Part shown: positions 37,878 through 53,000 of the stretch, one piece after another
Numbering within the stretch: position 1 is the stretch's first letter
Layout of the letters: each line of letters starts with the position of its first letter
Assembly (NCBI RefSeq): GCF_964355755.1
Contig: NC_092676.1
Span: 17,998,871-18,062,870 of the forward strand
From: Antedon mediterranea
Taxonomy: Eukaryota > Animalia > Echinodermata
Length of the DNA: 64,000 bases
Reading direction: 5' to 3'
The notes under the pieces: generated by a model
What the model was told of the DNA's origin: nothing
The model's database searches: none
What the model saw: the letters and a program-made list of their open reading frames with translations, nothing else
Program-made: the position numbers and the translations under genes

Positions 37878-38399
37878 TTTGTCGTCGTTCGGGTTCTATT
37901 CTACTTATGTCTTGTCAGGACGCACACACCAGAAGTAACGACGATACAATAAAAAGATTGGTTGCAATTTGGTATTCTTTATTTGTGAATATCCGTACTC
38001 AAGGTGAAGAACACAACAGCAATGAAATGAAAATACAAAAAAACAAAACCCCTAAAAAACAATTAGAGAAATTCTTTAACAAAAAGTATAAAAGTTGACA
38101 ATACATTATCTATCTCAACTATATAAATATCTCAAAACAAACAACAAGTTCTTAACATTTCTTTATATCGCATTAAGAATATTTCTGATAAAATCATTAA
38201 CTAGGCCTCAATCAGTAGCATTGTACCCATAAAAATACATGATATCAACAATCTAGCACTTGGCCATTCCGACTTACCCAACTAGAGATAAACTATCTTA
38301 AATCCTCAACTCAAGAAAATGACGGTAATCCTCCAATTTTGTGGTCAAATCTCACTTGTGCAAAACACTAAAAACAATAATCAATATAAGCCACAATAG

Positions 38400-39271
38400 T
38401 AGCGACTAGCAAAACCGCTAGAGGGCAGCAGACATCTTTAGGGAATAGACAAGTGTGACCCTTAACCTGTTAAAAAGGGGTCAACTTGCGCATGAATTTA
38501 CGAACTCTGATTGGCTATTCAGAAAAAACGAATGACTGTACGATCTTTTCCGGAAAATTCCGATGAAAAATTTGAAATTCCTTTGCCCACATGTCTTCGC
38601 GATGACATTTTATTTTGGGCTCGAAATGTTAGTAAAATCAGAAAAAATCGAAAACATGCCTAATATTTTGGGATTTTGCTTATATATTTTAGATATATTT
38701 ATATTTTAACAGTGTACGCCTTTGGTTTTACATAAATATCACCTATATTGGATCACAAAAGGTTTTTAATCACCTGATGCTAGGTGAGTAAGCAATTCTA
38801 GGCCGCGAAGTGCCTGATGACGTCATCACACAGCCTGGCTGAGGTGGGGGTATTCCTCCGGGACATTCGCGCAGTCCGGGGAGAGGGTAAACATAAAATA
38901 AGTACTTTTTATCTTATTTTTGTGATTTTGACACAATTTCCAAACAAAATGTGGTATTATGCAAATATATATTTGTCACCATCAACTTTCTAATTAAAAA
39001 TATGTTCATAAAATGTATTTATATGTGTTTTAGTAGTATTTTCACCCAGTGACTATTTGTGTACAAGGTCACAAACGCGGGGTGGGGATTCCTATGTAAA
39101 CAAAGGATAGTGATGGTGCCAAATTTTTACACCTTATTTTATTCATAACTTTCGAAATACTCAATCAATTTTGTTGATTTAAAGTTTAAAATGCTTACGA
39201 TTATATACTCTTTCAAACTGAACACTATTCAAATGCAGAAAGATAAATTGAAAAATATATGCCAGTCCCTA
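38400..39271. mobile_element. Non-autonomous TIR DNA transposon (hAT-like ends) nested in the 5' LTR
   Basis: TAGCGACTAGCA...TGCCAGTCCCTA; TSD ACAATAG; empty site visible in the other LTR at ~33980. Confidence 0.85.
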
Positions 39272-40749
39272 ACAATAGTATAAACTAACCAACCTAATTA
39301 TCTATTACTCTTCTATACTACTTATAACTAGCTCAAAACTCTAAAATATTCATTTAAAATCTGACGCTAGATCCACATGGGCGCAGCCATCTTGAATCTT
39401 TGTTTACAACTATAGCGCCACCAATCATAAAATAAATCTTAATCAACTACAGCATGACGCCCTCATCGGTCAAAAACTAGTTTACAAATCCACCATTTTA
39501 TCGATAAAACTCATGTTCCGTGAACATAATCCTCGCAACATAATAAATACTCATAATCCAATAATTAGACTCTTCCCTCAATAATATAATTACTTATAGG
39601 TCAATCACTGACACACAACTAGTCTGAGAAACAATATCTCCAATGTAATTATTAACTCAATTTGTACCACTCTATGACTGATTTGACAGCGAGGTACACT
39701 AGCTGATTCTGTTGGCACAAAGCGAACATTTCCAACATAACTCGGTTGCGAATAACATTCATTCGAGCCTAGCCTAAAGTTACTTAATATATCGTGCAAA
39801 CTACTTTTATCATCTACTGTAACCAACGTACCTTAGAACAAAATAATATCAATCTAAAATTTGAAATTTAACAGGTTTAATCAATCAGATGCATAAAGAT
39901 AAATAACGGATGTTATTAACCTCAATCTCAGTTATCGGCGCTCCAAAAACATCCCTCTCGCAGTCGCGGTAACAGCCTCATTACACCGAACCATCATCAA
40001 AAATTATTACTCCTATAATCGTTTTCTTAATTCTCACTATTGCATTCAAAGTTTGTAATGTAAAGTATAACAAAATTGTATTAATGTATAAATCGTAATT
40101 TAACAACCAAGCTCTAAAATTGAACATCGTCAAATAACACTTAATTTGATGAACTATATTATTACACTGTTCTAGTTAGTTTGAATGAATTCAGTCTACG
40201 ACATACATAATACATGTAGCAGTTAAAAACAAAGAGTGTATACAGGCCTACAAATGTGAACACATATTGTAAATATTACCTGACTAACATTCAAAAACCA
40301 AATTTGTTTTAACTGAAATATTTCAATTAAGACTGCTTAGCATCATCAAAAGCTCTGCAATCAAACACGCGCATGTACGTTGCACTTATTTAATAATTAC
40401 AGCAAACATAATAACAACAAAAAATATATATTAAAAGGTAGTGTATAACGGTTGCGATCCGAGTTGGTTCTAAACTGCCTCGGTCCAAAGTCAAGTTTAG
40501 GGGCGACTTAAACGGCTACCATATAAACTATAGTAAAATATTGCACTCATTAACATTTTTATCACACATGTTTTTTTACAAGAAATATTCAATTGTTCTG
40601 TATGTAAGTGATGGACAATACAATAAATAACAATATAGCCACATAATGCCTATATAGCTTCAATATACCGAGTATCACAAACATTACAATTAAGATATAC
40701 AATTTATTTTAACGAGTGCAAAAAATAGTAGGTACATTAATTATAAGTA

Positions 40750-41952
40750 CTAGATGGTACGCTCGCGTACCATCTAGGTCGTGCCCACAGATGGTTCTCG
40801 AATACACAGTAATTTCAGCGTTAAAAAACTGGCGATTTCAAATGTACAATAATGCAGGACAATAATACATGTCATTTACAGGAACGATTAAATAGACACG
40901 ATGATTTATGTACTCAACTAAAATTAGCACACTGGGAATTACTTCCGAAAGAGAAAGTTGTCACAAAATGAGACAAATTGTTTAAGTAAAATTTAAACAA
41001 ACTTAATTTGTGTTTTGTATGTAACATTATGGTTGAGAGATAGGGAAGAGGATGGGTGCAAAGAGGAACAATTTTTAAATATATTCTTTATTTTGTAACG
41101 AAATATTAATTAACATGTTTTACAAATAATATACCACTAAACACAGTAAAACATTGCGATGTAATACTTTGTTGAAACTATCACCGTCGTAGTCGATTGA
41201 AATAGTACAGTACATGTAACGATACACTACGACGTATGTTTATATATAATGTTAAACAATTTGTGAAAACCACCTCTATTCAGGTCAAATCATAAATTCG
41301 ATTTAATCGGTAATAAATATTAAATTACGGCGACTGAAAACGCTAGCTCATTATCCGTTTAAAAAAAATTATATCCAACCTCTGCAGCACAGATTGAAAA
41401 AAAAAATGGATCGAATTTCTGTTATGAGTATACAGTACTTTCCTTTACGACGTCTGAGGGAATAGACACTTGTGGAACGACACAGAGATTGGAATGTTCC
41501 ATTCATCACAAATCAATACATTTGTATAAACGTATATTAAATCTATCAAAATAGTATTTTTTAAAGAAAATCGGCCTGTCTTCAACATTATGATACTGTA
41601 CTCGAGCTGTTCAACCAGTTTTCAGCTATTAAAAACAATTATCGTAGGAGGAGATAGGAAAATGCGAAGCCTCCTCGTATTTTTGTGGCGGGTATTTTTC
41701 AAGATGGACATCCATTAGACAGTGTATACCACGATCGGAAAACACCCCTATCTGGGGCAAATCGTTGAACCTAAATTCGTTTTAATCGTCAATAACTAAT
41801 TATCTAACTTAATTTAATTAGTAAACCGGGTTACATCAGGTGGTTAAAATCAGTACCGAAAGTACGAACCAACTTTACATACCATCGACTAAAAATTCTA
41901 AAAGTAAGGCGCGATTTACCGAATTTTGCCCTTATGTAAATTTATATATAGA
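40750..41952 (-). mobile_element. Non-autonomous Helitron (same family as 10008 and 46286), reverse orientation
   Basis: Reverse complement starts TCTATATATAAATTTAC and ends with hairpin + CTAG. Confidence 0.88.
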
Positions 41953-42627
41953 AGTGAAAACAATAAAATAAATAACAATGATAGGTATTTGTAACAATCT
42001 ATATTTATAAATTTAAATCAAGATATAATCATTAAACGATAACAAGACAGTAGGTTAAATAGGTAAATTATGTAGAATTGATTTGAATACAAACATCACA
42101 AAATATGATTTTAACAATGCTTCAAGCGATGTTAAAATCATATTAAACAAATGTATTAATAAAGTAAATATTTTTTTTTTCAATATTTTTCTATTATAAT
42201 AAACATATTGACATTATAATTACAATCAAGAGCAACAGTAATATATTCTATATATACAGTGTAAAATAAATAATCTATAAATTATTAAATATTATATTCT
42301 ATATGTCAAATAATTAATCTATACATTTCTAAATTTAAGAATTGGATAACATAACATTTAAGAGTGAAAATGAATACATTGAAATGAATTCATTTACAGT
42401 ATAATCCTTCATAACATTGTCATAATATAAATATATATAAAATACATTAAATCTAATTATATGCATGGAACAACTGTGGTAATTAAAACAAATGTATTAA
42501 TTATTAAAGTGCAATAATAAGAATAACCAAACATTTGTTAAACTTTGGAATGAGTGCATTGGCACTCAATCTGTGAAAGTCAGTGCATCAAAACATCAAG
42601 ATATTTAAATACACATGATATATACTG

Positions 42628-42790
42628 GAGAGTGATGGTGTAATGGTAATATCGGACTAGCATGTGATAGGCATGGGTTCGAGGTTATCTGTACCATACT
42701 AATTGCATCCTTAGGCAAGATGCTTTACTCTCATTGCCTAATCTGGTATGCGCTGCACTGCTGGCTGCCATGGGTCCGTGGAGGGCCTAA
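42628..42790 (+). mobile_element. Degenerate tRNA-derived SINE fragment
   Basis: A-box-like TGGTGTAATGG, B-box-like GGTTCGAG, then CCTTAGGCAAG motif. Confidence 0.45.
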
Positions 42791-43084
42791 TCCGAATTTC
42801 CTCACTGAGGACAAATATTAATACAAAATACAAAAAAAATACAAATATCACAACAAATTTACAATAAAATACAGCAACAATACCAAACAGCCACAAGAAT
42901 ACATTTCCTGAAAAGTACAACTCAACCCTAAAAGTTATATGCAGGTTGAAATAGTACTTTTGGCTGACTTTAACAATAAACAGATCAAATGCAAGGAACA
43001 ATGCAATTCTTAAACAGAATGCAGATAGAAAGTACAAGATACTATACAACTATAAATTTATAACCTCGATCCACTGACAAAGCC

Positions 43085-44069
43085 TTAACGGTTTGTTTTT
43101 TCGCTTGAACACGTATATATGATCGTGTACAGATACGGATTAACTGCTGAGTTGATCGGTAAAATGAAGGTTGCTGCCCAAACATATATTTCTGCAGGGA
43201 TATCCCAATGTTTAGTTTCCGAGCAAATTCCCATTAAAATTATGGGAAACCAGCAACAAAAATCTGTACCAATTATAAACACTAGCTTCCGTGCAATTCG
43301 CAACTGTTCTTCAAGGCTTTTCCTTCTATTAACAGTCGCTGATGATCTTTTCACAGAAAAAAATATTGTGAGATAACTAACGACCATGACCAAGAAACCA
43401 AAACCGTTAAACGCAATGAAGATAGCAGTGGCATACTCCCAGCCTGGTAAATGACTTCGAGTTAGCGGTAACGGAAGGCAGACACTCTGTTTACCATAGT
43501 AGTTCTCTCCAAAGTAAGGCAGGTCGATGAAGCTCAACCTGTTTGCAGCTACCGGTAAGAAACTGATAGCAGCAATAACAACCCAAGCAATGACGATGAC
43601 TATTTTGCATGTTTTACGACTGAGACGTCTAGTGTTAAAAGGACTAACAATGTTTACAGCCCGGTCGACGCTCATAACCATCAACGTAAACACCGAGCAT
43701 TCACTGGAAAGAGTAGAAATAGCACCTGCAAAACTGCAAGTGAAACTACTTTTCCAATATTCTAGAACTTCCGAGTATCTACCTCTATAGTGAATATCAG
43801 CCCCTGCAATAATTAGCAGATACATTGCCATAAGTAGATCAGAGATGGCAAGACTGGAGATCAGCATGGAATCAACAGTTTTATCTTTATTGCAACACCT
43901 TGATATGAGAACAAGTGCATTGCCAATAATGGAGGAAACACCAATTACGAGCATCAACACCCGAAGCGATTTCCTTTTTAGTAAATCTTGGCATGATGCG
44001 AAAGCATCAGTGGGTTCACAGATCTCAATGTCACCAACAACACAACACAAATGGAAAAAATCTGAATAG
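43085..44069 (-). CDS. Terminal exon: short hinge + rhodopsin-class 7TM domain (RXFP/GRL101-like LGR)
   Basis: ttcag acceptor; YSDFFHLCC...ASCQDLL hinge, GN (TM1), SLAISD (TM2), SVDR (TM3), CLPL (ECL2), TDFCCWFP (TM6), PINSAVNPYLY (TM7). Confidence 0.93.
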
Positions 44070-47000
44070 CTGAATGAAAAGAAATAGGATAGTTATATAT
44101 TCATTACTGATAATTGTAAAGTGTAAATAGCTAATTGCTAATTTCAAAAAGTGTAAATAGCTAATTTAAACAAATTTAATATTAGCAATTTTTTTCTTGC
44201 CAGCATGTATTTATTATATGGAATTCGTTTTTGATCTGGAATACAACTTTTCCCCTTTTCAGCAGTACAGTTGGGGTCAACATTTTCTATCATAACTCTT
44301 TATCATTACAGGCCTATTACATTATTTTACCGGCTTTTTCACTGAGATTGAGAATTTCACATGTATGAATTCTTTTGATAACTTGTTAACAACTTGTTAC
44401 ATTTGAAAATAAAGTGTATCTGTGAAATTTGTACTAAATGGCATTTAAATACAAAAATCAAAGGGGAACAACAGCTCCCATCACACCACCCTACATACAG
44501 CCATTTGCATTCATAATGTCAAATAAATTTACTTACAACTGTGTTAAATTTACCAACTCTTTAAAAGTCTTGTCTTCATAATCTTTCAAGTTGTTGTATG
44601 TTAGGTTTCTGTAGGATAATAAATTCAGAATGATCATATTCATTTAATAATAACTTTAAATTCACATGTCATGAGGAAACTTTCTGAATGATTGAAATCA
44701 AAACTGTACTGGGTTTGGTTTACTTAGCATTCCTGCTCCCAAAAGTCATCCATTCATAGAAGCACTGATGAAGAAAGTTTATCCATGGTGGCCATAGAAT
44801 GGTCCTGAAACATACTTTGGCTTTAGTTGATAGAAGTTTGAAACATTTTATTAGAAATAGAGTATATGTAAAGTTATAAACTTTGTGGCAATGACAATGT
44901 TTACAAAAAGCTGAATGTGCATTAGAGGCAAGAATACAAGCAGGTGTCTTACAATACAGATTATGAACTTACAGAATTAAAAGTGATGAAGCAAATGGAG
45001 AAAATGCACCATCCTCTATGTTAGTTATAGAGTTGTTCTGTAACTGACTGTTAACAAATTAACAACAAAAATTATGATCCTAAATATAGTTATTTCAGGA
45101 CTGAAGATGATCAACTGCAATTGCCTTTATTGGTATTTACTGCTCTGTCACAGTACTATTTTATTCAATGTAATCAACTAAAGTACATGTTTTAAAGATA
45201 CAGTATACTGTCCAATTTACTATTAATCTTTGTTAAATATGCCGTTCTAATGTCACATAATAGTAATCATCAGTCAACAAATTTAAAAATAAATAACAAT
45301 TATTACTATCAACTATGATTAATGAATTAAGAGTATAACACAATACGTACAAAACATACTTACAATATTTGCAAATTGTTCAATCCATCAAATATACCAG
45401 CTGGTAAATTACTAATTTGGTTATTATCCAAAAATCTGAAACAAAATGAACAACATTTAAAGTGAAGTTTGACTATTTTATATTTTACCCATGGTTTCAC
45501 TTTGTTATCTTTAGTTTATTTTAACATAATTTAATAAGCAAAAGTACATATAAGGGCACTATACTGTATTTCATTAGTGATACTATATCAATCATATTGA
45601 TTGAATTATTAGTGTCTATGATTCATGCACCTTTCTGACCGTTGATCATTCACTAGAGCACTGTTAATATGTCCATTAATACAACATCTGTATCATTTTT
45701 TTTAAAGCCAACACATTAAAAATATTTCATTTATGTAAAAATAATGTTTCAAATTTTTAGTTTTTGTTTAATAATAACCCAATAAGTACAAAACAAACTT
45801 ACAAGTCTTGCAAATTGTTCAATCCATCAAATATATCAGCTGGTAAATTTCGAATTTCATTACCATTTAACCATCTAAAAAAAATAAAAAGTTTAAAAGT
45901 GAAATTTGTCTATTTTATCACCCATGCTTTTACTAAATTTGTTTTCCTTCGTTTATTTTAACATACTTTTTAAGGCACATTTGTATGATAATTTATGTAT
46001 GATAATTTTGTTCAGTTCTTTTTGTTATTATATTAGGCCATCTGGAATGATTAATGTTTAAGTTAAATGCCTTCAGTTGATTATGTTGCTATTAACTATG
46101 ATTAATGAATTGTGAGTAATAATAATGCAATAAGTACAAAACATACTTACAATCTTTGCAAATTGTTCAATCCATGAAATATATCAGCTGGTAAATTACT
46201 AATTTCATTACCACTCAACAATCTGAAAAAAATTAAAAATTTACCACATTTAAAAGTGAAATTTGTCTATTTTATCACCCATGCTTCTATATATAAATTT
46301 ACGTAAGGGCAAAATTCGGTAAATCGCGCGTTATTTCTAGAATGTTTACTCGATGGTATATAAAGTTGGTTCGTACTTTCGGTACTGATTTTAACCACCT
46401 GATGTAACCCTGTTTACTAATTAAATTTAGTTCGATAATTAGTTATTGACGATTAAAACGAATTTAGGTTCAACGATTTGCCCCAAATTGGGGTGTTTTT
46501 CGATCGTAGTATACACTGTCTAATGGATGTCCATCTTGAAAAATACCCGCAGACGATAATACGAGGATGCTTCGCATTTTCCTATCTCCTCTTACGATAA
46601 TTGTTTTTAATGGCTGAAAACCGGTTGAACAGCTCGAGTACAGCATCATAATGTTGAAGACAGGCCGATTTTCTTTAAAAAATACTATTTTGATAGATTT
46701 AATATACGTTTATACAAATGTATTGATTTGCGATGAATGGAACATTCCAATCTCTGTTCCACAAGTGTCTATTCCCTCAGGTGTCGTAAAGGCAAGTCCT
46801 GTATACTCATAACAGAAATTCGATCCATTTTTTTTTCAATCTGTGCTGCAGAGGTTGGATATAAATTTTTTTTAAACGGATAATGAGCTAGCGTTTTCAC
46901 TTGCCATATATTATGTACAAATCGTTATTATTGCAGTTAAACCACGAACATTATCACCCTTCCCTCACTGGCATGAGTAGCGTTGTAAAACCAGTAGAGG

Positions 47001-50000
47001 ATAGGCCTAAGGTACATCACATGGCCTAAACGCAGAACAACGTTGGTGGGTAGGGTAGGAACCCCGGTAGGAACCAACTTAACTATGAATTGGCTCTAAG
47101 AAACAATTGAAAACCATTAGGCCTACTAATTAAGTTGAGTTGGATAATTTAATATTTATTGACGATTAAATCGAATTTATGATTTTCCCCGAATAGAGGT
47201 GGTTTTCACAAATTGTTTTACATTATATAAACATATACACGTCGTAGTGATGTATCGTTACATGTACTGTACTATTTCAATCCACTAGGACGGTGATAGT
47301 TTCAACAAAGTATTACATCGCAATGTTTTACTGTGTTTAGTGGTATATTATTTGTAAAACATGAAAACAATAATAATAATAATAACTGGTACTTGATATA
47401 GCGCATTATGCTGAAAGCCTCAATGCGCTTTACAAAGACAGAAAAATTTAGAAAATTACAAATTAAAAAGGTGGGTTTTGAGGAGAGATTTGAAGACACT
47501 GGTGGAAGTAGCCTGACGGATTTCAATAGGCAACGCATTCCATAGAGAAACGAATGCCGAAGAAAATGAACGATTTCCATAAAACTTAGTGGAAGGATGA
47601 AATATATGGGCAAGAAGAGACTCAGATCTAGATCTCAGAGACCGCTTAGGAACATAAGGTTGAATAAGTTCAATTAATATTTCGTTACTAATTGGATAAA
47701 GAATAAATTAAAAAATTGTTCCTCTTTGCACCCATCTTCTTCCCCATCCCTCAACCCGAATGTTACATACAAAACACAAATTAAGTTTGTTTAAATTTGA
47801 CTTAAACAATTGGTCTCATTTTGTGACAAGTTTCTTTTTCGGAAGTAATTCCCAGGGTGCTAATTTTAGTTGAGTACATAAATCACAGTGTCTATTTATT
47901 CGTTCCTGTAAACGACATGTATTATTGTCCTGCGGTACGTACATTTGAAATCGCCAGTTTTTTAACGCTGAAATTATTATGTATTGGAGAACCATCTGTG
48001 GGCACGACCTAGATGGTACGCGAGCGAAGCGAGCGTACCATCTAGTTTACTAAATTTGTTTTCCTTCGTTTATTTTAACATACTTTTTAAGGCAAATTTG
48101 TATGATAATTTATGTATGATAATTTTGTTCAGTTCTTTTTGTTATTATATTAGGCCATCTGGAATGATTAATGTTTAAGTTAAATGCCTTCAGTTGATTA
48201 TGTTGCTATAAACTTTGATTAATGAATTGTTAGTAATAATAATGCAATATGTACAAAACATACTTACAACCATAGCAAATTGTTCAATCCATGAAATATA
48301 TCAGCTGGTAAATCACTAATTTGGTTGTCATGCAAATGTCTGCAAAAACAAAAATAAACAACATTTAAAAGTGAAGTTTGACTACTTTATACTACCCATA
48401 GTTTCACTATTTTGTTTTCTTTAGTTTATTTTAACATAATTTTTTATCCAACTTTTAGAATTTATGTATGATTATTTTTGTTCAGTGAAAACTTGTAACA
48501 TTGAAAGCTGAAACAGAATTCAGATCTTACAAAAAGAGCACTGTGAATATGTCTATTAAATACAACAATTTGTTTCATTTTGGTTAAAATCAACATATCA
48601 AATATATTTGATTTATATGAAAATAATGTTGAAAAATTAATGTTTTTGTTTAATTTGATTAACTTAAATTAATCATTTCACAATTATTTTACAAATGTTA
48701 TAATAAATTCCAATTATGCTATTCATCATCATCATGAACACTGAACGTCATGTTACATAGTGCACTTAAAATTTCTCCAATCAGAGAGATTATTGGCCAA
48801 AGTGTACATAGACTTATTTGTTCTATAATTTTTATCCATGTGGTTTTAGGTCGTGTCTTGACTTTTCTAATTGATTCAGATAGAGTTCATTGCACTGGGA
48901 TATCGTAGTCTAGATGAAGAAAGTGTCCACACCATGTCAAGCGTCTTCTCTTTATAACTCTGTTCCATTTTTCTTCATTTGTGCTGTTATATAAATCTAT
49001 ATTTGTTATTATATTAGACCATCTGGAATGATTAATGTTTAAGTTAAATGCCTTCAGTTGATTATGTTGCTATTAACTATGATTAATGAATTGTGAGTAA
49101 TAATAATGCAATATGTACAAAACATACTTACAAGTATTGCAAATTGTTCAATCCATGAAATATATCAGCTGGTAAATTACTAATTTGGTTATTATCCAAC
49201 CATCTGCAAAAACAAAAAACATTTAAAAGTGAAGTTTGACTACTTTATACTACCCATAGTTTCACTATTTTGTTTCTTTAGTTTATTTTAACATACTTTT
49301 GTATCCAACTTTTAAAATTTATGTATGATCTTGTTTATAAAAGAAAGTTGAAGAATTAATGTTTTTATTTAATATGATTAACTTAAATTAATCATTTCAT
49401 AATTATTTTACAAATGTTATAATAAATTGCAATTATTGCTATTCATCATCATCACAAACACTGAACGTCATGTGACATAGTGCACTTAAGATTTCTTCAA
49501 TCAGAGAGATTATTGGCCAAAGTGTACATAGACTTATTTGTTCTATAATTTTTATCCATGTGGTTTTAGGTCGTGTCTTGACTTTTCTCATTGATTCAGA
49601 TAGAGTTCATTGCGCTGGGATATCAGAGTCTAGACTAAGAAAGTGTCCACACCATGTCAAGCGTCTTCTCTTTATAACTCTGTTCCATTTTTCCTCATTT
49701 GTGCTGTTATATAAATCTATATTTGTTATTATATTAGACCATCTGGAATAATTAATGTTAAGTTAAATGCCTTCAGTTGATTATGTTGCTATCAACTATG
49801 ATTAATGAATTGTGAGTAATAATAATGCAATATGTACAAAACATACTTACAACCATAGCAAATTGTTCAATCCATCAAATATATCAGCTGGTAAATTACT
49901 AAATTGGTTGTCACTCAAAACTCTGCAAAAATAAAAAATGAACAACATTTAAAAGTGAAGTTTGTCTACTTTATATGCTACCCATGGTTTCACTATTTTG

Positions 50001-53000
50001 TTTTCGTAAGTATATTTTAACATAATTTTTTATCCAACTTTTGGAATTTATGTATAATTATTTTGTTCAGGGAACTTAACATTGCAAGTTGAAACAGAAT
50101 TCATATCTTATAAAAGAGAGCACTGTGAATATGTCCATTAAATACAATAATTTGTTTCATTGTGGTTAAAATCAACACATCAAAAATATTTGATTTATAT
50201 GAAAATAATGTTGAAAAATTAATGTTTTTTGTTTAATATGATTAACTTAAATTAATCATTTCAAAATAATTTTACAAATGTTATAATAAATTGCAATTAT
50301 TGCTATTTATCATCATCATCATCACGTACCCTGAACGTCATGTGACATAGTGCACTTTTAAGTCTTAAAAGACTTCTCCAATCAGAGAGATTATTAGCCA
50401 AAGTGTACAAAGACTTATTTATTTTTTCTTTTTGCATCATTTTCTATAATTTTTATCCATGTGGTTTTAGGTTGTTCTCTTCTGTCATTGATTCAGATAG
50501 AGCTCCTTGTGCTGGGATATCATAGTCTAGACAAAGAAGGTGTCCACACCATGTCAAGCGTCTTCTCTTTATAACTCTGTTCCATTTTTCCACATGTGTG
50601 CTGTTATATAAATCTATATTTGTTATTATATTAGACCATCTGGAATAATTAATGTTTAAGATAAATGCCTTCAGTTGATTATGTTGCTATCAACTATGAT
50701 TAATGAATTGTGAGCAATAATAATGCAATATGTACAAAACATACTTACAATTCTAGCAAATTGTTCAATCCATGAAATATATCAGCTGGTAAATCACTAA
50801 TTTGGTTGTCATGCAAATATCTGCAAAAACAAAAATAAACAACATTTAAAAGTGAAGTTTGACTACTTTATACTACCCATAGTTTCACTATTTTATATTC
50901 TTTAGTTTATTTTAACATAATTTTTTATCCAACTTTTAGAATTTATGTATGATTATTTTTGTTCAGTGAAAACTTGTAACATTGAAAGCTGAAACAGAAT
51001 TCAGATCTTACAAAAAGAGCACTGTGAATATGTCTATTAAATACAACAATTTGTTTCATTTTGGTTAAAATCAACATATCAAATATATTTGATTTATATG
51101 AAAATAATGTTGAAAAATTAATGTTTTTGTTTAATTTGATTAACTTAAATTAATCATTTCACAATTATTTTACAAATGTTATAATAAATTGCAATTATTG
51201 CTATTCATCATCATCACAAACACTGAACGTCATGTGACATAGTGCACTTAAGATTTCTTCAATCAGAGAGATTATTGGCCAAAGTGTACATAGACTTATT
51301 TGTTCTATAATTTTTATCCATGTGGTTTTAGGTCGTGTCTTGACTTTTCTAATTGATTCAGATAGAGTTCATTGCGCTGGGATATCGTAGTCTAGATGAA
51401 GAAAGTGTCCACACCATGTCAAGCGTCTTCTCTTTATAACTCTGTTCCATTTTTCTTCATTTGTGCTGTTATATAAATCTATATTTGTTATTATATTAGA
51501 CCATCTGGAATGATTAATGTTTAAGTTAAATGCCTTCAGTTGATTATGTTGCTATTAACTATGATTAATGAATTGTGAGTAATAATAATGCAATATGTAC
51601 AAAACATACTTACAAGTATTGCAAATTGTTCAATCCATGAAATATATCAGCTGGTAAATTACTAATTTGGTTATTATCCAACCATCTGCAAAAACAAAAA
51701 ACATTTAAAAGTGAAGTTTGACTACTTTATACTACCCATAGTTTCACTATTTTGTTTCTTTAGTTTATTTTAACATACTTTTGTATCCAACTTTTAAAAT
51801 TTATGTATGATCTTGTTTATAAAAGAAAGTTGAAGAATTAATGTTTTTATTTAATATGATTAACTTAAATTAATCATTTCATAATTATTTTACAAATGTT
51901 ATAATAAATTGCAATTATTGCTATTCATCATCATCACAAACACTGAACGTCATGTGACATAGTGCACTTAAGATTTCTTCAATCAGAGAGATTATTGGCC
52001 AAAGTGTACATAGACTTATTTGTTCTATAATTTTTATCCATGTGGTTTTAGGTCGTGTCTTGACTTTTCTCATTGATTCAGATAGAGTTCATTGCGCTGG
52101 GATATCAGAGTCTAGACTAAGAAAGTGTCCACACCATGTCAAGCGTCTTCTCTTTATAACTCTGTTCCATTTTTCCTCATTTGTGCTGTTATATAAATCT
52201 ATATTTGTTATTATATTAGACCATCTGGAATAATTAATGTTTAAGTTAAATGCCTTCAGTTGATTATGTTGCTATCAACTATGATTAATGAATTGTGAGT
52301 AATAATAATGCAATATGTACAAAACATACTTACAACCATAGCAAATTGTTCAATCCATCAAATATATCAGCTGGTAAATTACTAAATTGGTTGTCACCCA
52401 AAACTCTGCAAAAATAAAAAATGAACAACATTTAAAAGTGAAGTTTGTCTACTTTATATGCTACCCATGGTTTCACTATTTTGTTTTCGTAAGTATATTT
52501 TAACATAATTTTTTATCCAACTTTTGGAATTTATGTATAATTATTTTGTTCAGGGAACTTAACATTGCAAGTTGAAACAGAATTCATATCTTATAAAAGA
52601 GAGCACTGTGAATATGTCCATTAAATACAATAATTTGTTTCATTGTGGTTAAAATCAACACATCAAAAATATTTGATTTATATGAAAATAATGTTGAAAA
52701 ATTAATGTTTTTTGTTTAATATGATTAACTTAAATTAATCATTTCAAAATAATTTTACAAATGTTATAATAAATTGCAATTATTGCTATTTATCATCATC
52801 ATCATCACGTACACTGAACGTCATGTGACATAGTGCACTTTTAAGTCTTAAAAGACTTCTCCAATCAGAGAGATTATTAGCCAAAGTGTACATAGACTTA
52901 TTTATTTTTTCTTTTTGCATCATTTTCTATAATTTTTATCCATGTGGTTTTAGGTTGTTCTCTTCTGTCATTGATTCAGATAGAGCTCCTTGTGCTGGGA

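Larger units (their letters stand above)
33466..40203 (-). mobile_element. Ty3/Gypsy-type LTR retrotransposon, internally deleted (gag-PR and partial IN; no RT/RNase H)
   Basis: LTRs 33466-34910 and 37880-40203 (TG...CA, 1445 bp excluding the nested insertion), 4-bp TSD TACA, PBS next to the 5' LTR. Confidence 0.92.

Noticed and set aside
42738-43049. Hydrophobic 103-aa ORF after the 7TM stop codon
   Set aside because: Low-complexity T-rich probable 3' UTR running into a SINE remnant; no family motifs.
49560-52233. Duplicated short plus-strand ORFs (63 aa) and similar small ORFs in the track
   Set aside because: Antisense readings of intronic repeats or LTRs with no recognisable domain.
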